The notes beneath the pieces were generated by a model that worked only from the letters and a program-made list of their open reading frames with translations, had not been told where the DNA came from and made no database searches. Shown piece by piece: positions 29,544-37,584 of a stretch of DNA of 64,000 nt; within the stretch, counting starts at the first letter, position 1, and the number at the start of each line of letters is the position of its first letter. The DNA comes from a virus (taxonomy: Duplodnaviria; Caudoviricetes), in the IMG/VR virus record IMGVR_UViG_3300037504_000149; one strand, written 5' to 3'. The position numbers were made by a program, and so were the translations under genes.

Positions 29544-30543
29544 CTTGTGTAGCTCGTTCTAGTGTAGTTCCATGATACCTTACATTTCTTGTATTAATTA
29601 TGTGATCTATGTTATCTTCATAATCCTCATTTCGATATATTTCAATAAACTCAGTAGTATATTTTCCATAAATAGTTTCCATATCGCTCATAGTTCGGTA
29701 TGGTGCTGAAGTTAAATATTCTTCAAAATCAAAACCTTCAAAAGATACTTTATAAATATTTATAATATGCTCAGCTTCTATGTCACTAGTATAACGTTCT
29801 TGTACGTATCCTGAAGTTTGTAGTTGTTTAACATCAGTACTTATTTCAAAAGAAGTTAATAGTTCATATAACCATTTAGAAGCTGTTTCCAGTAATTCAA
29901 CTACTTGATCTTGATAGTCATTGTTGTGTAGATAATCTAAATTTATACGTTCTAGATACCCTATTAAAGATCTACTAAACTTCTCTATACGGCCTCCCTT
30001 CCTGTACCTTTCTATCCCACCTAACCATTCTTTAATATAGTTTATATTCTCAAGTATTATATCCTTCACTTCTGTTATGCGTTCCTCAGTGGAAGTATTA
30101 GATAGTATAATAGCTGCTTTATCTATATTATCTAATAGTTTCTCTAAATAATATTTTGCGTCTTCAATCTCTCCGCTAACCATATAAGGGTAATTTTCTA
30201 TATCTTGTGGTGTATATGGCTGATAATAAGCATACTCATCAACTACTTTTGTATCTATATCAATATCTAAAAAATCTTTGTATGGTCTTATATCTATAGA
30301 TATTACAACAGGTTCTGAATATCGCTCATCATTCATGTAATCAATGAATGTACGTTGCACGGCATAAAACCCTGCTGATTGCATGGCTTCTTCTATGCTA
30401 CCTTTAGGATTTATAACATGTACCCCTACAACATCTTCAGGATTGTTCTCGATATGTGTCATTATATCCCCACCACCTGGGTCATTACGTTTGGTATTCT
30501 CGGGCGGGTTACTGTATAACGGTTCTGATATAAAATATAGCAT
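29533..30543 (-). CDS. Putative circularly permuted ADP-ribosyltransferase-fold protein A
   Basis: GVHV...AGFYA, PVVISIDI and QERYTSDIEAEHI, then a C-terminal RYHGTTLERA. Confidence 0.5.
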   Translation of the reverse strand: MLYFISEPLYSNPPENTKRNDPGGGDIMTHIENNPEDVVGVHVINPKGSIEEAMQSAGFYAVQRTFIDYMNDERYSEPVVISIDIRPYKDFLDIDIDTKVVDEYAYYQPYTPQDIENYPYMVSGEIEDAKYYLEKLLDNIDKAAIILSNTSTEERITEVKDIILENINYIKEWLGGIERYRKGGRIEKFSRSLIGYLERINLDYLHNNDYQDQVVELLETASKWLYELLTSFEISTDVKQLQTSGYVQERYTSDIEAEHIINIYKVSFEGFDFEEYLTSAPYRTMSDMETIYGKYTTEFIEIYRNEDYEDNIDHIINTRNVRYHGTTLERATQATT

Positions 30544-30557
30544 TAGTTATCCTTATA

Positions 30558-30783
30558 TTATAGCAATGTCAAATCGTCTTCTGTAATTTCACCAATACCT
30601 ATCTGTTTAAGTAGCCAAAATGTATAGCTACCGCCTTCTCCTGTAGGATCGAAACTATTTACCCCCTAATAAATTCTTCAGCTTCTTCCTCAGTATTTAT
30701 TTCAGGATAAGTACTGGCTTAATCATTTTAGGTAACTGATCTTCAAAATCTGCTGTATATTCTTTAAGAGTAAAATATATCAT
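30558..30783 (-). pseudogene. Frameshifted remnant of a DPT-motif gene with an MIYF N-terminus
   Basis: Three frames read MIYFTLKEYTADFEDQLPKMI / ASTYPEINTEEEAEEFIRG / VNSFDPTGEGGSYTFWLLKQI; the last matches QYDPTGTSYNHWLIVQV in ORF 31948..34092. Confidence 0.55.
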
Positions 30784-31958
30784 TATTTATTTTCCTCTAT
30801 AATACGTTCTAGTTCTTCATGTTGATCTAGAGAAGGATTTTCTATAACTCTATCTAGAAGTTCATTAAGTATAATTCCTACCATTCTGCCTTGTGGAACA
30901 CCTAAACTTATAACATCACTACCATCTACCTCTAAATCTTTAACTTGTAAAGGTATATCTTCCTGTAGTATAAATTGTATACCTTTCTGAACATCTTCAT
31001 ATACAGATGGCTCTGTTTCTATCCTATATATTTCTAATATATCATCAGCATTGTCTCTACCTACATTACGCATTAATTGGTTAGGATCATTATCAATACC
31101 TGGATAATTGTCTAAATAGTTTAATACTTTTCTAATTACTTTATTAGGATATCGTAATTTATTTAAGGTCTCATCTGCTCTTTCTTTTACTGGACTTAAA
31201 AATATAGCTAAGCGAACTTCTATACTGTTAGGTGCTTGCTCAATCTTATTACCTATATCAGTTATATTAGCTGGGTAATTTTCTACTATATTATCTAATA
31301 AACCTGTTACACTTAAATAATTAAGCATTGTTGTAGGTTTTTCATATAGTAAACCTTTAGTAAACTCAGTATTTATACGCTCGATTGCCGGTTGTGTTAT
31401 ATTCGTTTGTTGGATAGCTGCCAGCAATTCATCATCTATTTCAAAATTAAATTTAGCTGCTTGTCTACAAGCTCTATAAGCTCGTAATCCGTCCTCTAAG
31501 AGCCTTTCTTCGGCTGAGCCTACCGCACGTATTACTCCCTCCTCTAAGTCCTCTCTACCGTTGAATGGGTCCGTTAGAGAGCCATCGACAAGGTTAACAG
31601 CCATCGCATTTATAGTGAAGTCACGACGTGCTAAATCTGGTACAATATCATCTACGAATTCTACACTGTCTGGTCTGCGTCCATCCGTATAATCACCTTC
31701 AGTGCGGAACGTAGTTATTTCTATTGGTTCGTCATTATAAATAACAGTTACTGTTCCATGTTGTAATCCAGTAGGATGTATGGTTATACCTGCACTTTCA
31801 TACACTTCCATTACAGTTTGGGGATTGGCGTTTGTTGCTAGGTCATAATCATCAGGGTTTATACCAAGCAACATATCCCTAACTGCTCCACCTACTAAGT
31901 AGCAGGAGTAGTTAGCTTGTATAAGAATCTGTGCAACTTGTTTGTAATTATTCATCAT
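30783..31958 (-). CDS. cca: Class II CCA-adding tRNA nucleotidyltransferase (no HD domain)
   Basis: YLVGGAVRD..LG..PDDYDLAT, HGTV, EITTFR.EG.Y.DGRRP (flexible loop), DLARRDFTINAMA, EDGLR (EDxxR), ERI. Confidence 0.92.
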   Translation of the reverse strand: MMNNYKQVAQILIQANYSCYLVGGAVRDMLLGINPDDYDLATNANPQTVMEVYESAGITIHPTGLQHGTVTVIYNDEPIEITTFRTEGDYTDGRRPDSVEFVDDIVPDLARRDFTINAMAVNLVDGSLTDPFNGREDLEEGVIRAVGSAEERLLEDGLRAYRACRQAAKFNFEIDDELLAAIQQTNITQPAIERINTEFTKGLLYEKPTTMLNYLSVTGLLDNIVENYPANITDIGNKIEQAPNSIEVRLAIFLSPVKERADETLNKLRYPNKVIRKVLNYLDNYPGIDNDPNQLMRNVGRDNADDILEIYRIETEPSVYEDVQKGIQFILQEDIPLQVKDLEVDGSDVISLGVPQGRMVGIILNELLDRVIENPSLDQHEELERIIEENK

Positions 31959-34092
31959 AAATATAATAAATTCTTGTAAGTTTACTACTTGTATATATAC
32001 CTGGTAATGGTATGTTTTGTTTTCTATATTGCTCTTTTAGATATTCAACTACAGTAAGATGCCCTCTACGAGCAGCCATACGTAATGCTTCACCATAACA
32101 AGCATGTATATCAGCACCATGTTCAACTAAATATTCAACTACAGGAAGATGCCCCCTTCTAGCAGCCCAACGTAATGCATAATCATTACTAGCATGTATA
32201 TTAGCATCATGCTCAACTAAATATTCAACTACAGGAAGATGTCCCTTCGCAGCAGCCGCACCTAACGCATAATCATTCTGAGCATGTATATTAGCATCAT
32301 GTTCAACTAAATATTCAACTACAGGAAGATGCCCATACTCAGCAGCCCAACGTAATGCTTCATCATCGTTAGCATGTATATTTGCATCATGCTCAACTAA
32401 ATATTCAACTACAGGAAGATGCTCTCTCAAAACAGCCCAACGTAATGCATGATCATCATCAGCATGTATATCAGCATCATGCTCAACTAAATATTCAACT
32501 ACAGGAAGATGCCCATTCTCAGCAGCATAACGTAATGCATAATCATTCCTAGCATGTATATCAGCATCATGCTCTACTAAATATTCAACTACAGGAAAAC
32601 GCCCATTCTCAGCAGCCCAACGTAATGCTTCATCATCCTTAGCATGTATATTTGCACCATGTTCAACTAAATATTCAACTACAGGAAGATGCCCATTCTC
32701 AGCAGCATAACGTAATGCACTATCATTGCCAGCATGTATATCAGCATCATGCTCAATTAAATATTCAACTACAGGAAGATGCCCTTTACGAGCAGCCATA
32801 CGTAATGCAGAATCATAATAAGCATATACATTAGCACCTTGCTCCACTAAATATTCAACTACAGGAAGATGCCCTTCTGAAGCAGCCAACCGTAATGCTG
32901 CATTATCATCAGCATGTATATCAGCCCCATTATCTAACGCTTCTTTAACACCTTGTAGATCATTATTTTTAACAGCATTAATTAAATCCTTGTTAGATTT
33001 TATAGAAGGAATTGCTTTTAATAATGCATCTATTGCTCCTTTTAGTTCTTCATTATCAAAATCTATAGTATTACCTTCACTATTATAAAGTGTATCTACT
33101 GCTTTAACATAAGCTAATACAGGATTTCCTTGCTCAAAAACTATATACATACCTTCGCCAATATATTTCTCAGCATAATCTCTCTGCTTACCTGTACACC
33201 ACTTAGTTCCTTGACTATCCCTAAATAATGCTTCGACATCTAGATAATATCTAACTTCATAAGTATTATCTTGATATTTAACTTCATAACCTTCTTCTTT
33301 ACCTACTTCTTTAGTACCACCTATTTTAATATCAAAAACATTACTTAGTAGTATCTTAATATCATCTACATATAAATCTTGCGTATCTAAATTACTTAGA
33401 TTATCAAAATCTATACTTTTATCTATATTAACTGTTTCATTATTTTGATTTAGTAACTTACTCTCATAAGGATCCCAAAGGAATTTAACATTAGTAGAAG
33501 GAAATACAAATCCATAGTAAGAACCTTTATCTATCCATTCTTCTGCTATTCTAGGATTATTAGTATCTAGACTAGTTCCTCTACTAAACTCCATTAAGGC
33601 TTCTTTATTACTAAGCTCTAATATCTTGCATTCATTTAGATTAGTTTCTATATTATAAGCTAACTCACGAGTACCTTGATCAACTAAGTTTAACCATTGT
33701 TGTTTATTAGAAGTATAATCAATATTCTTCATTGTTTCTATTAAATCCTGCCAAGTATATTGTTGTATATCCTTAGAAGGTAATACACCTGGAATATCTT
33801 TAATAGTGTTAAAGTAATCTAGATATTTAGTTAGGGTATCTCCTTGTTCATCTAGATCTAAACCATACTTTAATACTTGAACTATTAACCAATGATTATA
33901 AGATGTTCCGGTAGGATCATATTGCTTAACTTGATCAATCAAGTTATAAGCATATTGCTCATCATAATCCTCACCCATGATATTTTGAATATCAGTAAGG
34001 AGCCGCTTATTAACAGCTAGAATGTTAAGCCAAGCAAGATAAGATGATGTTGTATTTTGAGTAATACAATACTTTATACCTGTTGTTCTCAT
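31948..34092 (-). CDS. Multidomain ankyrin-repeat protein (DPT-motif region, two GTKWCT/PcfJ-like modules, 10 ANK repeats)
   Basis: 30-aa repeats ALRxAAxxGHLPVVEYLVEHxAxIHAxxDx; N-terminal YDPTGTSYNHWL and SQGTKWCT. Confidence 0.85.
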   Translation of the reverse strand: MRTTGIKYCITQNTTSSYLAWLNILAVNKRLLTDIQNIMGEDYDEQYAYNLIDQVKQYDPTGTSYNHWLIVQVLKYGLDLDEQGDTLTKYLDYFNTIKDIPGVLPSKDIQQYTWQDLIETMKNIDYTSNKQQWLNLVDQGTRELAYNIETNLNECKILELSNKEALMEFSRGTSLDTNNPRIAEEWIDKGSYYGFVFPSTNVKFLWDPYESKLLNQNNETVNIDKSIDFDNLSNLDTQDLYVDDIKILLSNVFDIKIGGTKEVGKEEGYEVKYQDNTYEVRYYLDVEALFRDSQGTKWCTGKQRDYAEKYIGEGMYIVFEQGNPVLAYVKAVDTLYNSEGNTIDFDNEELKGAIDALLKAIPSIKSNKDLINAVKNNDLQGVKEALDNGADIHADDNAALRLAASEGHLPVVEYLVEQGANVYAYYDSALRMAARKGHLPVVEYLIEHDADIHAGNDSALRYAAENGHLPVVEYLVEHGANIHAKDDEALRWAAENGRFPVVEYLVEHDADIHARNDYALRYAAENGHLPVVEYLVEHDADIHADDDHALRWAVLREHLPVVEYLVEHDANIHANDDEALRWAAEYGHLPVVEYLVEHDANIHAQNDYALGAAAAKGHLPVVEYLVEHDANIHASNDYALRWAARRGHLPVVEYLVEHGADIHACYGEALRMAARRGHLTVVEYLKEQYRKQNIPLPGIYTSSKLTRIYYIYDE
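32033..32932 (-). repeat. Tandem 90-bp coding repeat, 10 copies (ankyrin array 1)
   Basis: Anchor atattcaactacag at 32041, 32131, 32221 ... 32851 with an exact 90-bp period. Confidence 0.95.
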
Positions 34093-34121
34093 TATTTAGA
34101 TCCTTCGGGTTCAGTGTACTA

Positions 34122-35006
34122 TTAGATGGTCCAGATATTATGGCCGAAGGGTACCATAGCCATTAAGATGAAGTTCTCTACATATCTTACACGTCTACCA
34201 AGTCCCATGTGTGAGCCTCCATCCTTGTACCTAGCAAGAGGACTCATCTCAAGATCTGATTGATATAATTGTTCGAACGTATCTGCTAAACGCATATAAT
34301 CTCGTTCTACACGTACACTAACTGGTGGTAGGTCGGCAGTATGTCTATTGGCTTCCTCCAAACTCTGCCTCACTCTAAATGCTTGTGCTAGAGATGAGTT
34401 AAGTAATAAATGCTCCAATTGTTCGGGAAAATCTTCTAAAGTCCACCCTCGTTCACCTAATGTGTGAGAATAGGCTGTATTCAAGCGAGCAAGAGATGTT
34501 TTAAGACACATGGCTAATTGAGAAGTAGACCAACGACCTGCTTCTTCCCAAAAGTTTACTCGCCATAGTTTAGGATTATGCTCAAATAACAGTAATCGTA
34601 ATGTTTGAAGAAAGTATTCTGGCCTAGAAACAGTACCTAGTTCAACTGTATCCTTTATTATTTGTAAATCTCCATGTTTAAATCCTCTAACTTCTATTTC
34701 ATAAACACCAGGTTCTAAATCTGCTGTTTGCAATTCTATTTTGTATGTACCATAACCACCTTCACTAGACTTAGGCTTAATGGTTACGTTACGTGGATTT
34801 ACTTCTTTACCATCTTTTGTAAACTTTACACTTATATCACGTGCTGTAGTTGCGTTACCTTGTTTACTTTCAAAGCCAGCAACATAAAAAGCAGCGTATT
34901 GCTCTATACCTGCAATATATGAAACTTGTGGACTAGATAAAGTTCTATACTCAGATGGTGCTAGTACGGTTCCGTTTAAATTGTCTAAATCAACTTGAGT
35001 TGTCAT
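34122..35006 (-). CDS. Head-tail adaptor/connector with N-terminal Ig-like domain
   Basis: GTYKIEL.TADLEPGVYEIEV beta-sandwich, then helical RWSTSQLAMCLKTSLARLN...WTLEDFP; lies between capsid and neck genes. Confidence 0.5.
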   Translation of the reverse strand: MTTQVDLDNLNGTVLAPSEYRTLSSPQVSYIAGIEQYAAFYVAGFESKQGNATTARDISVKFTKDGKEVNPRNVTIKPKSSEGGYGTYKIELQTADLEPGVYEIEVRGFKHGDLQIIKDTVELGTVSRPEYFLQTLRLLLFEHNPKLWRVNFWEEAGRWSTSQLAMCLKTSLARLNTAYSHTLGERGWTLEDFPEQLEHLLLNSSLAQAFRVRQSLEEANRHTADLPPVSVRVERDYMRLADTFEQLYQSDLEMSPLARYKDGGSHMGLGRRVRYVENFILMAMVPFGHNIWTI

Positions 35007-35024
35007 TTATTATCACCTAAATAA

Positions 35025-35402
35025 TTAAAGTATGTCTTGAAGAGTACTATTAAGTATACCACTATCTAAAACACCTACACCACCGTCAGGTGTTTTGTAG
35101 GTTGTATTTTTATATAAATCATAATGCTCATTAATAATATATAATTGTTCTTGTGTAGCTTTTTTACCAGGCTGCATCAAATACCCAAAACAACTAACTT
35201 TAACCCATCCTTGATTTTCTAAATATTCTTCTGGATTATTAATAGAGTTTACTTTAGCTAATCCTTGATCTATTAGATCATAAACAATATGAAAAGTTGC
35301 ATCTATATGTCCAGCATATTCAACTGGATGATAATTACCATTAGGTTCCAGCCACATGAATAATGGTATTTTATGTTCATTAACACATATAAAATACATC
35401 AT
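35025..35402 (-). CDS. Small paralogue family member 2
   Basis: MWLEPNGNY...YAGH...LENQGWVKVS.FGYL. Confidence 0.65.
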   Translation of the reverse strand: MMYFICVNEHKIPLFMWLEPNGNYHPVEYAGHIDATFHIVYDLIDQGLAKVNSINNPEEYLENQGWVKVSCFGYLMQPGKKATQEQLYIINEHYDLYKNTTYKTPDGGVGVLDSGILNSTLQDIL

Positions 35403-35411
35403 AATATTCCT

Positions 35412-36971
35412 TTAATAAGCTGCTATTATATTCCAAATATAATACGTCTTTGTAAATTTACTACCTGTATGTATACCTTCGGGTAATGGTATGTTTTGTT
35501 TTTTATATTGTTCTTTTAGATATTCAACTACAGGAGTATGCTCATTTAAAACAGCTAGACGTAATGCCCAACCTTCCCAAACGTTTATATCAGCACCTTG
35601 CTCAACTAAGTATTTAACTATAGGAAGATTTCCTTTCTGAGAAGCTGCACGAAATGCAAAATCATAATCGGCATGTATATTCGCACCTTGCTCTACTAAA
35701 TATTTAACTACAGGAAGGTGTCCTCTCCAAGTAGCCTTACGTAACGCATAATCATCATCAGCACGTATATCAGCACCTTGCTCAACTAAGTATTTAACTA
35801 TAGGAAGGCGTCCATACCAAACAGCCCAACGTAATGCATAATCATCATCAGCATGTATCATCTTTTCTGCTGCTTCTTTACCCTCATTTTGTTTAATATA
35901 TTCTACTAAATATTTAACTACAGGAAGATATCCTTCCATAGCAGCATAACGTAATGCCTCATCATCCGCAGCATGTATATCAGCGCCCTGCTTAACTAAG
36001 TATTCAACTACAGGAAGATATCCTTCCATAGCAGCCCAACGTAATGCTTGATCATTGTTAGCGTGTATATCAGCACCCTGCTCTACTAAACATTCAACTA
36101 CAGGAAGTTGTCCATGATAAGCAGCAATACGTACTGCATAATCATCGTCAATGTGTATATCAGCACCATCATCTAGAGCTTTTTTAATTCCTTGCAGATC
36201 ATTACGTGCAATAGAACTTATTAACAATTGTGTTGCTTCTTTAATTTTTATAATCCTATCTTTATCCATTTCAGGATTTTTCATTAAATCAAATATTTCT
36301 CTAAGTTCTTCTTCGTCACTACTAAAATACTCAGCAACTGTTCCACCATGATGAGCAACATCTTTAATATGATCTATTAACATCATTCTTTTATCTACAT
36401 CTATTTCTTGTTCTATCTCTTGTAACTGATCTTCGATACCTTCGTGTACTCCATCTCCGGTCATTCTAGGAGTATTTTCTTCTCTAATAAGGTTAACTAG
36501 TTTATTAGCAAAGATATCTAATATCTTAGTAAATAGTTCAGGAGCTAGATTATTTAGATATAAATTTTTGTAATAATGATATAAATTTAACCATTCAAAA
36601 CCATTTAAAAATTCTATATTACCAAAAGCATCTTGCTCTAAAAATTCTATTGCTTCAGTTACAACAGGAGCTTCATAAACATCATCGACATAATTAGTAG
36701 TAGTATCATTAGGATGCTTATCTAATCTCATTATAATGTTTTGTAAATCATCATCTAGTAAATCTATATCTCCGTAAACTTTTGTAACATGATCTCTAAA
36801 TTCAGATAATGTGGTTATGGATTCCCCATTAGGAGAAATAACAGTCATACCATTATTTAGTTTAGTAGTATAACCCATGTTACTCATGATTTCTGCTATC
36901 TCATAAGTTTCATCTACATAAGAATAATAGTATTTCATACTAGTTTTAAACTTCATAATTATATTGTCCAA
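35412..36971 (-). CDS. Ankyrin-repeat protein 2 (7 ANK repeats) with an unrelated acidic N-terminal region
   Basis: Same ANK consensus, N-cap NDLQG.K.ALD.GADIH and C-cap EYLKEQY.KQNIPLP as ORF 31948..34092. Confidence 0.85.
   Translation of the reverse strand: MDNIIMKFKTSMKYYYSYVDETYEIAEIMSNMGYTTKLNNGMTVISPNGESITTLSEFRDHVTKVYGDIDLLDDDLQNIIMRLDKHPNDTTTNYVDDVYEAPVVTEAIEFLEQDAFGNIEFLNGFEWLNLYHYYKNLYLNNLAPELFTKILDIFANKLVNLIREENTPRMTGDGVHEGIEDQLQEIEQEIDVDKRMMLIDHIKDVAHHGGTVAEYFSSDEEELREIFDLMKNPEMDKDRIIKIKEATQLLISSIARNDLQGIKKALDDGADIHIDDDYAVRIAAYHGQLPVVECLVEQGADIHANNDQALRWAAMEGYLPVVEYLVKQGADIHAADDEALRYAAMEGYLPVVKYLVEYIKQNEGKEAAEKMIHADDDYALRWAVWYGRLPIVKYLVEQGADIRADDDYALRKATWRGHLPVVKYLVEQGANIHADYDFAFRAASQKGNLPIVKYLVEQGADINVWEGWALRLAVLNEHTPVVEYLKEQYKKQNIPLPEGIHTGSKFTKTYYIWNIIAAY
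35512..36171 (-). repeat. Tandem 90-bp coding repeat, 7 copies with one 30-bp insertion (ankyrin array 2)
   Basis: Anchor tatt(c/t)aacta at 35521, 35611, 35701, 35791, 35911 and 36001, with a one-mismatch variant at 36091. Confidence 0.9.
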
Positions 36972-36995
36972 ATATGATAAATAAAAGTCTTATTT

Positions 36996-37373
36996 CTACA
37001 GTATTTTATTTAATGTGTAATCTAATCTATCCTTACTAAAGCGTATATTCATGGGACCATAATAATCAATAGACATGACTTTGTTGCAATACTTATCATA
37101 ATGAGCCATTATTACTTCAAATTGGTCATCGTTAATATGTAATCCATTAAGCATAAGATATCCAGCGTCAGTAACTCTTACATACCCTAATTGTTCTAGT
37201 AATAATTCAGGATCTTTATTGATAATAGATGTGTCCCCTGAATCAACCATCTTACTTACTATTGCCGCAGCTTTCTCACCATGTTCAGCATAATTCACAG
37301 GGTAGTAATCACCGTTTGGTGCGACCCACATAAAAGGTGGAATATAGTCATTAGTACAAATAAAATATATCAT
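36996..37373 (-). CDS. Small paralogue family member 3
   Basis: MWVAPNGDY...YAEH...LEQLGYVRVTDAGYL. Confidence 0.65.
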   Translation of the reverse strand: MIYFICTNDYIPPFMWVAPNGDYYPVNYAEHGEKAAAIVSKMVDSGDTSIINKDPELLLEQLGYVRVTDAGYLMLNGLHINDDQFEVIMAHYDKYCNKVMSIDYYGPMNIRFSKDRLDYTLNKIL

Positions 37374-37519
37374 TCTGTTTTATCCTTATCATTATAATAC
37401 CTTTCAAAAATATAATCTTTATCTAAAGAATAAATTATATCTTCACCATCAACACAATATATATACTCCGTTTCTCCTCTTAAAAATATTTGAAAAGGCC
37501 CATCTTCCAATATAAGCAT
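37370..37519 (-). CDS. Small hypothetical protein (MLILEDGPFQIF...), probable start at 37519
   Basis: The track's TTG start at 37558 falls inside a promoter/terminator hairpin; the stop overlaps the next ATG (ATGA). Confidence 0.4.
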   Translation of the reverse strand: MLILEDGPFQIFLRGETEYIYCVDGEDIIYSLDKDYIFERYYNDKDKTE

Positions 37520-37520
37520 G

Positions 37521-37565
37521 AGAAACCCCGGATGTGGTACAGTATAATTATACCACAATCCGGGG
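37521..37565 (-). terminator. Intrinsic terminator after the RNA ligase, containing extended -10 TGTGGTATAAT (37547..37557)
   Basis: CCCCGGATTGTGGTA...TACCACATCCGGGG stem followed by TTTCT. Confidence 0.6.
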
Positions 37566-37584
37566 TAACTAATAATATTTGATA

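Noticed and set aside
32652-32834. Plus-strand repetitive ORF (HHVQLNIQLQED...)
   Set aside because: Antisense shadow of the ankyrin repeats
32033-32932. Regularly spaced repeats resembling a CRISPR array
   Set aside because: The period is exactly 90 bp and in frame within an ORF, the whole unit is conserved with no unique spacers, it translates to ankyrin repeats, and no cas genes are present
32033-36171. Diversity-generating retroelement acting on the ankyrin arrays
   Set aside because: No reverse transcriptase or non-coding template repeat is in the window, and variable codons differ at all four bases rather than only at adenines
31948-36971. Giant eukaryotic virus origin because of Mimivirus-style ankyrins
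   Set aside because: Shine-Dalgarno sites, sigma70 promoters, coupled operons, a peptidoglycan amidase and a contractile tail all indicate a bacteriophage
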